38,701 bases of DNA, taken from the NCBI GenBank assembly GCA_049599475.1, contig JBMYOQ010000037.1:1-38701 (forward strand), written 5' to 3'. The notes under the pieces are model-generated. The model did no database searches, had not been told where the DNA came from, and saw only the letters and a list, made by a program, of their open reading frames with translations. Made by a program: the position numbers and the translations under genes. Position 1 is the first letter of the stretch. Each line of letters starts with the position of its first letter. This DNA is from Opitutales bacterium (GTDB taxonomy: Bacteria > Verrucomicrobiota > Verrucomicrobiia > Opitutales > JABSRG01). This document shows positions 8,311 through 19,496 of the stretch, in pieces.

Positions 8311-11115
8311 ATGTTGCCAAGCTCCTCGATCGAATTTGAAAACTTTCTCCGTCTTTCTCCATGGCCAGCAGCCGTCATGGAGGCTACGGGTGAATTAAAA
8401 TATGCCAATGGCGCCTTTGCTCAGCTGATCGGTAAATCCGAAATTCAGTTGCTAGGCCAGCAAGCCGGATACTGGCTGAAGCCCATTGATGAAGCGACAC
8501 CCCTTCTAGAGTTTCTGGAAGACATGCCCAGCGACCACGCATGGCAGGGTAAAGTTCAAGTGCTAGACCATCAGAAATGGACGCCTACGTCCTTCCTTGT
8601 TCAGAAAAACCCGAGCAAGCCAGAGCAGATTTTTCTCTATTCTATAGAGGCTCCAGTCGTAAACGGGCGCCGCTTAATGACGAGCAAGAGCGAACTACGC
8701 ATCCTGCAAATCTTGATGGATAACTCTCTCGACTATGTATTCTTCAAAGATACGCGTGGGCGCTATGTGCTGACAAACCGGGCCTACCAAGAATTTCTCA
8801 ACGTCCCATATGAGGGCTATGAAATTGGGCGGGGCGTTGCAGATTTTACCGATGTTGAAACCGCCCGACAATCCGACCAAGATGATCGTAAAGCTCTCTC
8901 TTCGGGTAAGCCATTGGTGAACCACTTGATACGCCATGTCGGCAAAGATGGATCTTGGCGCTGGCTCCAGGCTACCAAAGTTCCTGTCTACGATAGCGAT
9001 GGCTGCGCGCTGGGGATTGTCTGTATCGCACGCGATGTAACGGTCGAAAAAGAGCGTGAGGAGGCCTTAGTACGAGCACGGAAAAATGCGGAGAAGGCCA
9101 ATAAGGCCAAATCGCAATTCTTGGCCAATATGAGCCACGAAATTCGCACGCCGCTCAATGGTATCATCGGCATGGCTGAGCTCTGTCGCGATATTGAGAC
9201 GAATTCAGAACAATCCGGCTATGTTGAGACAATCCTGATGTGTGGTTCGACCCTCCTTTCGTTGGTAAATGATGTGCTCGATTTCTCGAAGATCGAAGCG
9301 GGACTCTTCACCCTGGATAAGACCAAGTTTAACTTGATTGGAGCCCTTGAAGAAACCGTTGGGACCTTCCACGCTCAGGCCAATAATTCCGGTGTGGAGC
9401 TTGTCACCCGTATAGATCCGTCAGTCCCAGATTACTTTATCGGCGACGAAAAGCGCTTTAAGCAAATTATTTATAATATTGTTGGTAATGCTTTAAAATT
9501 TACCTCAGACGGGACCGTGTGTGTGGATTTAGCAGAGATTGAATCCAACGCCCACGAGAGCCGAATCCTGCTAACGGTGAGAGATACGGGGATTGGCATC
9601 CCGGCCTCTCGGCAGGTTGAGATCTTCGACACCTTTACACAGGTCGATATGACAACGACCCGAGAATTCGGAGGCACGGGCCTCGGCCTTGCGATTTGCC
9701 GTGAGATAGCCCATCACATGGGCGGCCAGATCTACGTATCTTCGCAAGAGGGAGAAGGCACCACTTTCGGCGTCTATCTAAATCTGTTTAAAGCCACCCA
9801 GGATTCTCGTTATCGCGAGAAGGAATTTGCGGAGTATGACGGGCTTACCGTCCTGATTGCCGATCGCTCTGACGAAGTGTGCTCTATGATCAGCGCCACA
9901 ATGCAGTTTTATGGCTTTCACCCGAAGACGCTGACCTCGCACAGCCTATTGACCCAAGAGCTGCAGGATCTCGAGGCTGAGAAGGAAGAGGGCTCTGCTT
10001 TGCTAATTGCGGATCAGGAGTGGCTTCACCGGGCTCTCCGTGAAAATTCGAACGACGTCCGCCTGAGAACCCGTTTGTCCCGTTTACCAACGATCACGAC
10101 AACCGGGGAATTTTCTGGCGTTTCCAGTAAGAACCACACGGAGGGTGAAATAAGCCTTTCCAAGCCGATTCGCCGGGCAGATTTGTTGAACGCAGTCACA
10201 ATTGTCCTCAATGAATCAAAGACCAGGGACATCCGCCCCTTTATTGAGCGCGAACCTGAAATCCCGCTTTCAAGTCCGTCTGAACAGTCCGAATGGTCGA
10301 AAGTTGAGATTTTTAAAAACAAGGAAAAGGGAAACCCGTTCAAAATCCTTCTCGTGGAAGATAATGCGATCAACCAACAGGTCGCGGTTAAGAGAATCGG
10401 GCGAATGGGATTTGAGGTCGAAGTCGCCGAAAATGGTGAAGACGCCCTTCATCTATTCAGAGCCAAGGACTATGACGCTATCTTGATGGATGTTCAGATG
10501 CCGGTGATGGATGGATTCCAGGCGACCCGCAAAATTCGAGAGTTTGAGGAAAGCCGTGTCTACCACACGCCCGTAATTGCGATGACTGCGAGAGCTCTTC
10601 AAGGGGACCGAGAACGCTGCCTGCAGGCAGGGATGGACTACTACTTGGCGAAGCCCTTCAGGGCCGCGATTTTCGAAAAAATGCTGGAGGACAATCAGCT
10701 CGTCCAGATTATGACCGAGAATCGCAAGCTCCGTGAAAGTCGTGAGCGCTCTGGGGACGAGGTTTCTGATTTAGCCAAACATATCGCTGTCACGTTTGCT
10801 TCCCTGGATGATCAAGACCGAGAAGGTTTTCGCGACGCTGCGGACATTTTTATTCTAGCCGCGGGCGATGAAAAAGGGGAGTTACAGCAACAATTTTTCG
10901 AAGAAAACTTCATGGGAATGCTTCAAAAAGCGCATTCCTTAAAAGGAATCATTTCAATTTTTGGGGCAACACCGTTGGTTGCTATCTTGCAAAAGATTGA
11001 AAAGTTGGCATCTGAGGAAGACTTGCCTGGGCTAAAAGCGTCGTTCAATGAGTTTTGGACGCCTTACGATAGCCTAGCGGAAATCCTCAAACAGTATGTC
11101 ATCTCAAATTCGTAA
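8311..11115 (+). CDS. Soluble hybrid histidine kinase (PAS-PAS-HisKA-HATPase-degenerate REC-REC-HPt)
   Basis: [29 protein letters not shown] box NALKFT; DTGIGI; GGTGLGL; REC LLVEDN...[11 protein letters not shown]...AKPF; HPt AHSLKG; no TM segments seen. Confidence 0.93.
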   Translation: MLPSSSIEFENFLRLSPWPAAVMEATGELKYANGAFAQLIGKSEIQLLGQQAGYWLKPIDEATPLLEFLEDMPSDHAWQGKVQVLDHQKWTPTSFLVQKNPSKPEQIFLYSIEAPVVNGRRLMTSKSELRILQILMDNSLDYVFFKDTRGRYVLTNRAYQEFLNVPYEGYEIGRGVADFTDVETARQSDQDDRKALSSGKPLVNHLIRHVGKDGSWRWLQATKVPVYDSDGCALGIVCIARDVTVEKEREEALVRARKNAEKANKAKSQFLANMSHEIRTPLNGIIGMAELCRDIETNSEQSGYVETILMCGSTLLSLVNDVLDFSKIEAGLFTLDKTKFNLIGALEETVGTFHAQANNSGVELVTRIDPSVPDYFIGDEKRFKQIIYNIVGNALKFTSDGTVCVDLAEIESNAHESRILLTVRDTGIGIPASRQVEIFDTFTQVDMTTTREFGGTGLGLAICREIAHHMGGQIYVSSQEGEGTTFGVYLNLFKATQDSRYREKEFAEYDGLTVLIADRSDEVCSMISATMQFYGFHPKTLTSHSLLTQELQDLEAEKEEGSALLIADQEWLHRALRENSNDVRLRTRLSRLPTITTTGEFSGVSSKNHTEGEISLSKPIRRADLLNAVTIVLNESKTRDIRPFIEREPEIPLSSPSEQSEWSKVEIFKNKEKGNPFKILLVEDNAINQQVAVKRIGRMGFEVEVAENGEDALHLFRAKDYDAILMDVQMPVMDGFQATRKIREFEESRVYHTPVIAMTARALQGDRERCLQAGMDYYLAKPFRAAIFEKMLEDNQLVQIMTENRKLRESRERSGDEVSDLAKHIAVTFASLDDQDREGFRDAADIFILAAGDEKGELQQQFFEENFMGMLQKAHSLKGIISIFGATPLVAILQKIEKLASEEDLPGLKASFNEFWTPYDSLAEILKQYVISNS

Positions 11116-12925
11116 CATCGCGATCATTGCTCACGTAGACCATGGTAAGACTACCTTGGTGGACCAACTTCTACGCCAGAGCGGGAATTTTCGCGAAAAC
11201 CAACAGATTGCCGAGCGCGCCATGGACTCCATGGACTTAGAGCGCGAAAAGGGCATTACAATTAAGGCTAAGAACACCTCTATCCACTATGAGGGCAACA
11301 CGATCAATATCGTGGACACGCCCGGGCACGCCGATTTCGGCGGCGAAGTAGAGCGGGTAATGAAGATGGTGGATGGCGTATTGCTTCTAGTAGATGCTTA
11401 CGATGGCCCACAGGCTCAAACACGCTTCGTTTTGCGGAAGGCACTGCAGGAGGGACTCCGGCCAGTCGTCGTAATCAACAAAATCGACCGCGACAACAGC
11501 GATCCCGAAGCCGTCCATGATAAGGTCCTCGAGCTATTTTTAGAACTCGAGGCGACTGAGGAGCAGTTTAACGCGCCGTTTGTCTATGCTTCGGCGAAGA
11601 ATGGCTTCGCGGCCCTGTCGGTTGACGATCCGCGCGTGGACATGAAGCCACTCTACAAAACGATCTTGGATCACTGTCCCGCGCCTGAAGCGTATCCAGA
11701 GGAACCGTTCCGCATGCTAGTCAGCAATATTGATTGGGACAAATACGTCGGGCGTGTGGCCGTAGGAAAAATTCTCTCTGGTGAAGTGCAATCTGGCAAA
11801 TGGTTCTACCGCCTTAAGGAAGACGGGTCTACTGAACGCGGTAAGGTAACTAAGATTTTCGAATACGCTGGAACCGGCGCATCTCGCGAGTCGGAAGCCG
11901 GTGTCGCAGGCAATATTGTCGGCATCTCGGGCTGGGAAAATGTGCAGATTGGTGAGACCATCGCCCTTGAAGAGACCCAAGAAGCGCTGCCATTTGTGGC
12001 GATCGACCCGCCGACGATTCAAATGCAATTCGCAGTGAATGATGGTCCGCTCGCCGGAACGGAAGGAAAGCTCGTTACCTCGCGCCAGATCCGTGAACGT
12101 TTGGAGCAGGAAGCGAAGATGAACGTTTCCCTCAAGATTACGGATTCCGACGAATCAACGACTTTTAATGTAGCCGCGCGTGGCGCGATGCAGATCGCAG
12201 TTTTAGTCGAGACTATGCGCCGTGAAGGCTTTGAGCTATTGGTGTCGCGTCCTTCTGTAATCACAAAGCGTGAGGGAGACGGGCCCGTTCTCGAGCCCTA
12301 TGAGACCGCTTGGATCGAAGTCGACGATCAAGATGTCGGAGGCGTCATGAAGAGCCTCGCAAATCGCCGGGGCAAAATTGAAAACATGGAGCCCCACGCA
12401 GGGGGTACTACGATCGAAGCGACGATCCCCACACGCGGTTTGATTGGCTTCGAATTTGAATTGGTAAACATGACCTCAGGCCGTGGCGTGTGTTCTCACT
12501 TGTTCAAGGAATACGGAGAATGGGCAGGCGCGCTGGCAACACGCCACACAGGCACTTTGGTATCGACAGAGCAGGGCATGGCTACTGGATACTCGCTGAT
12601 GGCCCTCGAAGACCGCGGACGCCTTTTCGTAAAACCAGGCGATACCGTCTACAACGGGCAAATCGTCGGCGAAAACCCTCGAACAGACGACATGCCGGTG
12701 AATCCGACTAAGGCGAAGCAATTGACAAACGTGCGTGCAGCGGGAAGCGATAAGAACGTGATGCTGGCACCGCCGATAGTCTTCGATCTGGAGCGTGCTA
12801 TCGAGTACATCGAGCCCGATGAGTTCGTAGAGGCGACTCCAGAGAATCTTCGCCTGAGAAAGAAAATTCTCGATCCGACGGTGCGTCAGCGTGCGAAAAA
12901 GCGCGAACAAGCATTATCTGAATAA
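11096..12925 (+). CDS. typA: Translational GTPase TypA/BipA
   Basis: [36 protein letters not shown] and PTRGLIG. Confidence 0.98.
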   Translation: MSSQIRNIAIIAHVDHGKTTLVDQLLRQSGNFRENQQIAERAMDSMDLEREKGITIKAKNTSIHYEGNTINIVDTPGHADFGGEVERVMKMVDGVLLLVDAYDGPQAQTRFVLRKALQEGLRPVVVINKIDRDNSDPEAVHDKVLELFLELEATEEQFNAPFVYASAKNGFAALSVDDPRVDMKPLYKTILDHCPAPEAYPEEPFRMLVSNIDWDKYVGRVAVGKILSGEVQSGKWFYRLKEDGSTERGKVTKIFEYAGTGASRESEAGVAGNIVGISGWENVQIGETIALEETQEALPFVAIDPPTIQMQFAVNDGPLAGTEGKLVTSRQIRERLEQEAKMNVSLKITDSDESTTFNVAARGAMQIAVLVETMRREGFELLVSRPSVITKREGDGPVLEPYETAWIEVDDQDVGGVMKSLANRRGKIENMEPHAGGTTIEATIPTRGLIGFEFELVNMTSGRGVCSHLFKEYGEWAGALATRHTGTLVSTEQGMATGYSLMALEDRGRLFVKPGDTVYNGQIVGENPRTDDMPVNPTKAKQLTNVRAAGSDKNVMLAPPIVFDLERAIEYIEPDEFVEATPENLRLRKKILDPTVRQRAKKREQALSE

Positions 12926-12943
12926 AGGGCACGAGCTTAGGCT

Positions 12944-15307
12944 ATGAGCCGGCATAATTCGGAGGATTCCCGGACCTGCACACACTGCGGGACGGGGATT
13001 CCTCGTACTGTGGAAGGCGAATTTTGCTGCACGGGCTGCGCCTACGTCCACCGGATGATCCAAGAGTCCGGTTTAGAGCAGTATTATGATTACCGCGATC
13101 GGACCATTGATCCGGTCGGATCGCGCGTTTTCAAGGATCGCGATTTCGAAGATCTCCGACGTTGGCAAGATACTCAAGAAGGCCATCTGGATACGGAAAT
13201 CGTAGAGGGCGAGCTGAGTCTCCAGGGGATATCTTGTGTCGGGTGTGTGTGGTTGGTGGAACGTATATTCCAGAAACAAGTTGGCGCCGTGGATATCCGC
13301 ATAGACGCCCATACGGGGCGGGTTCGCCTGAGTTGGCAAAGGTCACTCTTTCGCATCGAAAGCTTGGCTCAGGAAGCCGCTCAATTTGGCTACGTCCTAG
13401 GGCGTTCATCCGCTCAGAGAGAGTCGAGCACACGTGGGCTCGTGACACGCCTCGGGCTCTGTGCTGCGTTTATGATGAACGCGATGCTCTTTACCTTTCC
13501 GCGATATCTGGGAATGGAGAAAGATTTCCTTCTCGCAGACCTCTTTGAGCTGTTGAGTATCCTGTTTGCGAGCCTGAGCCTGCTCGTCGGCGGCAGTTAT
13601 TTTATTCAAAGGGCTTGGAAAAGCCTTCGCGTGCGAGTCTTGCATATCGATATACCCATAGCCCTGGGGCTAGTCCTCGCATTCGTAGGATCGGTAATCG
13701 GCTGGGTTCTTAGAGTGGATGGCCTCTTGTATTTTGATTTCATTTCCGTCTTCGTTTTCCTAATGCTAGGAGGGCGGTGGGTCCAAGAATGGTATGTCGA
13801 GCGAAGCCGAAACCAGTGGGTTGATTCCAATGCACTGCCTGAAATGGCTGAGGCTGTGGATAAAGAAAGTGGCGACGCAAGTCGCTTACCCTTCGAGGAA
13901 ATCACCGCAGGGACGCAGTTGCTCGTGACACCGGGCGGCATCGCACCGGTAGCTTCCATACTCGATTCGGACGGAGCCGAAATGAGTCTAGAATGGATCA
14001 ATGGCGAATCGGTTCCAGTCGTTTATAAAAAGAGAGCACGCGTACCCGCGGGTGCTACCAATCTGTCCGGCGAGACAGTCAAGCTAAGGGCGGAAGAACC
14101 TTGGGGAGACTCTCTTTTGAAGCGACTGACTGAGACACGTCGAGGCTCTGTCAGTCGAGACCCATTGATGGATAGAGTCCTGAAAAATTATCTCATTACA
14201 GTCCTATCGATAGCGGCAATTTCTGGGATACTGTGGTCGATTTTCAGTGCTTGGGTCAGTGGTATTCAAGTCGCTGTTTCAATCTTGGTCATTTCCTGCC
14301 CATGTGCAATTGGGGTCGCATGGCCCTTGGCTATTGATCGCTGTGTTCAGGTTCTTCGAGGCTCGGGTGTTTTTATTCGAGAGCCGAACATCTGGCGGGT
14401 TTTACAGAAGATAAAGACGATTGTATTCGATAAGACAGGCACCTTGACGCTTGAGCGCCCGAAACTACTCAATCCTGATGCATTGGATAAATTGAGCGCC
14501 AATCATCGGGGCGTATTATCGGGACTCGTAAGGCAAAATTTGCATCCGATTGCGCGATCTTTACGCGAACAGCTCACGGATTCAAATGCTGCTAATCAAA
14601 TCTTAGATCATTATACTGAGATTCCAGGAAAAGGTGTTACCTGCGAAGTCGATGGCACCCAGTATTTCCTCGGAAAATCGGATGGTTTAGAACCGGGCAC
14701 TTTATTTCAAAAGGACGGCGCTACGCTCGCCGTTTTCCAGTTTGCCGATGAAGTGAGGCACGACGCGACTCGAGCGCTGCGATTACTGGGAAAGCGCGGA
14801 CTCAATCTGGAGATTTTGAGTGGCGACTCATCTGATAAGGTTGAAGGCATGCGGCAGAAATTGGACTGTAACTCAGTCACGCACGCTGAAGGCGAGATGT
14901 CGCCCGAGGCAAAAGCGCGCCGGATACAAAATATAGGATCTGAAGAGACGCTGATGATCGGTGACGGTGTGAATGATTCCTTGGCCTTCGAAACGGCAGC
15001 GCTCCAGGGGACACCTCTGGTTGATCGAAGCCTTCTGGTCGAACGCGCTGCGTTTTACTTTTCCGGACAAGGCCTCGATGGAATTATTGCCTTGTTTCGA
15101 GTTTCAGACGCTCTTGCGGCGGCCGGAAAGGCAATGTTTAGCTTTGCTGTATTCTACAATGCTATCGCACTGGGGATTTGCTTGTTTGGCGCAATGAATC
15201 CTTTAGGAGCCGCTATTTTGATGCCTATCAGTTCGATTCTGACAATTTTGGTTACTCTGACAGTCTTGAATAAACGACTCCGAGAAACAGCCGATACATT
15301 TGATTAA
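12944..15307 (+). CDS. Heavy-metal (Cu+) P1B-type ATPase, CcoI/FixI-like
   Basis: N-terminal CxxC...FCCxGC domain, GISCVGC HMA motif, INGES, SCPC, DKTGT, HP, GDGVND, and YN / MPxSS TM ligands. Confidence 0.88.
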   Translation: MSRHNSEDSRTCTHCGTGIPRTVEGEFCCTGCAYVHRMIQESGLEQYYDYRDRTIDPVGSRVFKDRDFEDLRRWQDTQEGHLDTEIVEGELSLQGISCVGCVWLVERIFQKQVGAVDIRIDAHTGRVRLSWQRSLFRIESLAQEAAQFGYVLGRSSAQRESSTRGLVTRLGLCAAFMMNAMLFTFPRYLGMEKDFLLADLFELLSILFASLSLLVGGSYFIQRAWKSLRVRVLHIDIPIALGLVLAFVGSVIGWVLRVDGLLYFDFISVFVFLMLGGRWVQEWYVERSRNQWVDSNALPEMAEAVDKESGDASRLPFEEITAGTQLLVTPGGIAPVASILDSDGAEMSLEWINGESVPVVYKKRARVPAGATNLSGETVKLRAEEPWGDSLLKRLTETRRGSVSRDPLMDRVLKNYLITVLSIAAISGILWSIFSAWVSGIQVAVSILVISCPCAIGVAWPLAIDRCVQVLRGSGVFIREPNIWRVLQKIKTIVFDKTGTLTLERPKLLNPDALDKLSANHRGVLSGLVRQNLHPIARSLREQLTDSNAANQILDHYTEIPGKGVTCEVDGTQYFLGKSDGLEPGTLFQKDGATLAVFQFADEVRHDATRALRLLGKRGLNLEILSGDSSDKVEGMRQKLDCNSVTHAEGEMSPEAKARRIQNIGSEETLMIGDGVNDSLAFETAALQGTPLVDRSLLVERAAFYFSGQGLDGIIALFRVSDALAAAGKAMFSFAVFYNAIALGICLFGAMNPLGAAILMPISSILTILVTLTVLNKRLRETADTFD

Positions 15308-15327
15308 TAGGCCGTTTCGGAGAGTTT

Positions 15328-16770
15328 ATGACTGGGATGTTAGAGGAGAACAATGAAGCCCTTCCGCTAGTGGGCGTAGCCGGAGCGAGCGGTTTTGTCG
15401 GGACACATTTGAGGACGGCGCTTTCTGAACACTTTCGGTTTCGTGCCCTGACTCGGAGCCAAAATGTGATCAATCAAGCCAGATCACTCGGCCACACCGA
15501 GTGGACCCATTGTGACCTTTACTCATTGCCACAGCTCACTGAGGCACTCAAGGGCTGTAAAATAGGAATTTACTTGGTGCATTCGATGGCACCGTCGAGC
15601 CGTCTCGTGCAGGCAAACTTCGCTGATACAGATATCTTGCTCGCCGATAACTTCGTGAGAGCTGCAGAAGAAGCCGGGCTTGAGCATATTATTTATTTGG
15701 GCGGATTGATGCCTGAATCTGGGGAAGACGTTTCACCTCATTTGGCGAGTCGTGCGGAGGTCGAGCAAGTTCTGCGCAGTCGCTCAATACCTGTCACTGT
15801 CTTGCGGGCAGGTCTTGTATTTGGCCCGGGAGGCTCATCTTTTTCGATGTTAATCAATTTAGTTGGGCGCCTGCCTCTGATGGTCTTGCCTGCCTGGACT
15901 GGCTCAATGACACATTCTATTGATATTGTAGATGTGTGTCGGGCGTTCGAATACTCGATGTTGAATCCAGACCTTCGTGGCGGCACCTATGACATCGCCG
16001 GGCATGAGGCCATGAGCTATCGCGAATTGATCTTGAAGACCGCGGAGCTAACAGGCCGCCGGATTCGCTCGATCTCAGTTCCGGTAAATTGCTTTTCGCT
16101 GTCCCGGCGTTGGGTGTCTTGGTTCGGTGGCGTTTCTTGCGATCTTGTTGGACCTCTCTTGGAAAGCTTAAGGCATGATTTAACAGCTCAAAAGAATCCA
16201 GTGATGGACCATATCTCAGGATCTGCCCTAAGCTTCGAAGAGTCTTTGGAGCGAGCTGTCGATACTCTTGGAAAACCCAAACCAAACCCGCGCTCGGCGA
16301 CGCGAAAGGTGGATAATCGCGATCTGATAAGAGCGAGCTTAGTAAGGTCGGTTCAAAGAATGAGCCTGCCTGCCGGGATTGATGCGCAAGAGATGGCGCA
16401 AGAGTATGGAGTATGGCTGACCCGGGTTTTTCGTGGATCCGTCCGCGTTACACGAGATGAAAAAGGCATTTTGAGATTCTCCCTGTTTCGACGGAAGTGG
16501 GTTTTGCTCGAACTCACTCCAACTCCATTTTCTGCAAACCATCCAATACGTTGCGCTTTTTATATCACCGGCGGCCTGCTGGCCCGAGAGGTCAGTCCAA
16601 AGGGGCGTTTTGAGTTCCGAATCTTCCCTTCCGTGGGCATCTCCATCGCATCGATTCATGGTTTTGCGCCCAGTCTGCCCTGGTATCTTTATTCCTCAAC
16701 CCAGGCGATCGCTCACCTGTGGGTGATGCGGGCATTTGGACGGTATTTGAGCAGGTGGGAACAGCGATGA
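15328..16770 (+). CDS. NAD(P)-binding atypical SDR/epimerase (YbjT-like) with a C-terminal extension
   Basis: GASGFVG Rossmann motif; YLVHSM, IIYLGGL, SPHLASR.EVE and LRAG. Confidence 0.85.
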   Translation: MTGMLEENNEALPLVGVAGASGFVGTHLRTALSEHFRFRALTRSQNVINQARSLGHTEWTHCDLYSLPQLTEALKGCKIGIYLVHSMAPSSRLVQANFADTDILLADNFVRAAEEAGLEHIIYLGGLMPESGEDVSPHLASRAEVEQVLRSRSIPVTVLRAGLVFGPGGSSFSMLINLVGRLPLMVLPAWTGSMTHSIDIVDVCRAFEYSMLNPDLRGGTYDIAGHEAMSYRELILKTAELTGRRIRSISVPVNCFSLSRRWVSWFGGVSCDLVGPLLESLRHDLTAQKNPVMDHISGSALSFEESLERAVDTLGKPKPNPRSATRKVDNRDLIRASLVRSVQRMSLPAGIDAQEMAQEYGVWLTRVFRGSVRVTRDEKGILRFSLFRRKWVLLELTPTPFSANHPIRCAFYITGGLLAREVSPKGRFEFRIFPSVGISIASIHGFAPSLPWYLYSSTQAIAHLWVMRAFGRYLSRWEQR

Positions 16771-16779
16771 AAACGCGGT

Positions 16780-17460
16780 TTAGTTAAAACCGATATCTTC
16801 ATCTCGCAGACCTTGCCGCAGCTTTTGAAAGAGGACCAAATCGTCCACTTGGCGTTCGAGGATTTCGATTAATCGCTCAAAGCGTGCTCGGTTCTGTGTT
16901 AACTCAAGCAGCTCCAGTTTCTCCCCTGCGTCTTCGGTGCCGGTAAACGAGGCAAATTCTACGAAGGTTTCTTCATTTTCGACATCCGAGAGAAAGTCTG
17001 TGATGTCTTTGGGCACCTTTGCTCCGAGCCCTCGTTTCTTTTTCAACAGATCCAAGACGCGCTCCTTTAAAAAGGGGTAGGGGGCATCCGCCTGAATTGT
17101 CGAAACTGGTTGGATGCGTACCATGCGGTAGGGGTCTTCCTGAATTACTTCTGAGACGGTAAAGCGTGACAGACCCTGTAGTAGGATATTGGAAGTGCCG
17201 TCCGGATTGTCATGACTCGTGCGCACCATTCCAAGAGTGCCCATTGCATGGAAAGCCTCACCGTCTGGATCGGAGTCAGTCTCGCAGCGTGTCAGGATTC
17301 CAAACATTCTCGACGCCGAAAGGACATCTGCGAGCATCTCGCGATAGCGTTCCTCGAAGATATACAGAGGCATGATAACCTGAGGAAACAGCACCGCGCC
17401 GGGAAGCGTCATTACTGGGATTTTCGCTGGAATTTCGATCTGTTGATGTTCGGGAGCCAC
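16780..17460 (-). CDS. Stand-alone LON peptidase substrate-binding (N-terminal) domain protein
   Basis: VLFP...PLYIFEERYREML and PDG.SNILLQGLSRF motifs; no AAA+ or protease domain. Confidence 0.9.
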   Translation of the reverse strand: MAPEHQQIEIPAKIPVMTLPGAVLFPQVIMPLYIFEERYREMLADVLSASRMFGILTRCETDSDPDGEAFHAMGTLGMVRTSHDNPDGTSNILLQGLSRFTVSEVIQEDPYRMVRIQPVSTIQADAPYPFLKERVLDLLKKKRGLGAKVPKDITDFLSDVENEETFVEFASFTGTEDAGEKLELLELTQNRARFERLIEILERQVDDLVLFQKLRQGLRDEDIGFN

Positions 17461-17716
17461 AGTATGTAGTTTAACAGTATCCTGAAACGAGCAAGTGAGG
17501 AATCGACTATTTCTAGATCTCTTAAGGAAGCTTCTTAGCGAGAAGTGTTATCATCGCTATCATCTAGATGAGACATTGGTGATGTGAGAAAACGAGCTTT
17601 GTCCGCAAAAATCCGGAATAATTATCAAGCAAACGGTATAAATCGCAAAGATTCTACCGATTATTCGAGAATCGAATGTCATCAAGCAAACTAAGATAAG
17701 GATATTGTTGGAGTAA

Positions 17717-18718
17717 ATGTCAGCACCTCAAATATGGGCTAAAATATGGGGATGTCGGGGCTCGATACCGACACCGCTCTATGCATCTCAAGTAAGAGGA
17801 AAGATTCAGCGTGCACTGCGACTCGCAAAGGACGTCGACCTCGAGACTGACGCTGATATTGATGCATTCATCGATAATTTACCCTTTGAGGTGTCCGGAA
17901 CCTATGGTGGAAACACTTCATGTGTTGAACTCGCAACGGAAAGCGACTCGGAACATTTGCTCCTCGATGCTGGAAGCGGTCTCAAGAGCTTTTCTGAAGA
18001 GTATATGCGTCGGGACGCGTCAAAGACCCCTGCAACTTTCCATTTTGTGATGAGCCATTTGCACTGGGATCACATTCAGGGTTTTCCGTTTTTCGGACCT
18101 GCGTACATTCCAGGAAACAAAATCATTATATACGGCTATCACAGCGACATAGAGCGCCTGTTCAACGCCCAGATGAACGATGCATGGTTTCCTGTAGATT
18201 ATGATACTTTTCGGGCTGATATCGAGTTTCGCCCGATGGAACCTGAGTCATCGTTTGAAATTTGTGGCTATAGCGCCAAGGGGATCTGGCAAAATCACCC
18301 CGGAGTCGCTTTTGGATATCGATTTGAAAAGAATGGCAGGGCGATCGTCTATTCAACCGACTCGGAACACGACTTAGACAAGGTAAGTGACACCTACCAC
18401 TTTATCGACTTCTTCAAAGACGCCGACCTTTTGATTTTCGATGCTCAATACACTCTCCAAGACAATATCGTATCGAAGCAAAATTGGGGGCATTCCAATA
18501 ACGTAATTGCGGTTGAGTTAGCCATGCGATCCAACGCGAAGAAGCTCCTTATTTTCCACCATGATCCGGCAAACTCTGATGAGAACTTAAGCGAATTCCT
18601 GAGAATCACTCTGGAGCACCAAAAGGTCGTTGAGCGACGTTTTACAGCGTCAAATGTATCGGTACCCGATCTGAATATTGGCCTGGCGCATGATGGCCTG
18701 ATTGTGCCCATCGATTGA
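17717..18718 (+). CDS. Metallo-beta-lactamase-fold hydrolase (phosphodiesterase/RNase Z-like)
   Basis: WGCRGSIPTP, GGNTSC, DAGSG, SHLHWDHIQG, TDSEH, DAQY, WGHS and FHHDP. Confidence 0.9.
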   Translation: MSAPQIWAKIWGCRGSIPTPLYASQVRGKIQRALRLAKDVDLETDADIDAFIDNLPFEVSGTYGGNTSCVELATESDSEHLLLDAGSGLKSFSEEYMRRDASKTPATFHFVMSHLHWDHIQGFPFFGPAYIPGNKIIIYGYHSDIERLFNAQMNDAWFPVDYDTFRADIEFRPMEPESSFEICGYSAKGIWQNHPGVAFGYRFEKNGRAIVYSTDSEHDLDKVSDTYHFIDFFKDADLLIFDAQYTLQDNIVSKQNWGHSNNVIAVELAMRSNAKKLLIFHHDPANSDENLSEFLRITLEHQKVVERRFTASNVSVPDLNIGLAHDGLIVPID

Positions 18719-18806
18719 TAATTTTCTCGAATAACTTAGGAGGACTGATCGCTATCCGACTTTTGAGGTGTTGACCCCATCTGTTCTCCCAATTTGCATC
18801 GGTTCG

Positions 18807-19427
18807 ATGAGTATTCCTGAAAAACAAGATAGCTCGAACACTGGCTTCCCCGAACGTATCAGTAAGGAAGCGATCAATGAGCTGCCTATTTTTCGATATG
18901 AAGGCCCGATCCATCTCGTCCGCACCGATGAGGAGCTCGAGAAGGCTTGCGAGGTCCTGTTAAACGAGAGTATCATCGGCTTTGATACCGAGACTCGGCC
19001 AGTCTTCAAACGAGGCCAATCCTATCCGACATCGCTGATACAGATGGCAACGGGTGAGGAGGTGTTTCTCTTCCAGCTTAACGAGCTCGATAAGCTGACC
19101 GGAATCAAATCTATCCTGGCGGACCCCGAGATCAAAAAAGTAGGTGTCGCTTTAAGGGACGATTTTGTAAAGCTCCGCGAGCTCGAAAGCTTCAACGAAG
19201 AAGGGGTCGTGGATATTGCGAAAATGTCCCAGAAACTTGGGATCGTGAATACCGGGCTACGCAGTCTGGCGGCTATATTATTGAAGCAACGTATCTCTAA
19301 ATCAGTCCAAGTATCCAATTGGGCGAAAAAAGAGCTAACACCAGCCCAGATTACCTACGCGGCTACAGACGCTTGGGTAAGCCGCGAAATTTACCTAAAA
19401 CTGGCTGATTGCGGCGCTGAAGATTAG
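18807..19427 (+). CDS. 3'-5' exonuclease (DEDDy, WRN-exo-like)
   Basis: GFDTETRP, LIQMAT, KVGV, GLRSL, SNW and YAATDAW. The start is uncertain (ORF track gives 18768; ATG 18807 preferred). Confidence 0.9.
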   Translation: MSIPEKQDSSNTGFPERISKEAINELPIFRYEGPIHLVRTDEELEKACEVLLNESIIGFDTETRPVFKRGQSYPTSLIQMATGEEVFLFQLNELDKLTGIKSILADPEIKKVGVALRDDFVKLRELESFNEEGVVDIAKMSQKLGIVNTGLRSLAAILLKQRISKSVQVSNWAKKELTPAQITYAATDAWVSREIYLKLADCGAED

Positions 19428-19496
19428 CCCGAATTACGCTGCCTTCAGAGAAGAAATGGGGTAGGGGCTGATTAGCTGTCCGGCCCACATTTTTCG

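Noticed and set aside
8226..8408. N-terminal extension of the 118-aa ORF 8052..8408
   Set aside because: It overlaps the kinase start on the opposite strand; the ATG at 8225 gives a cleaner small membrane protein.
17639..17663. Sigma-28-like promoter TAAA...ACCGATTA
   Set aside because: The spacer is 13 nt rather than about 15, and the -10 element is imperfect.
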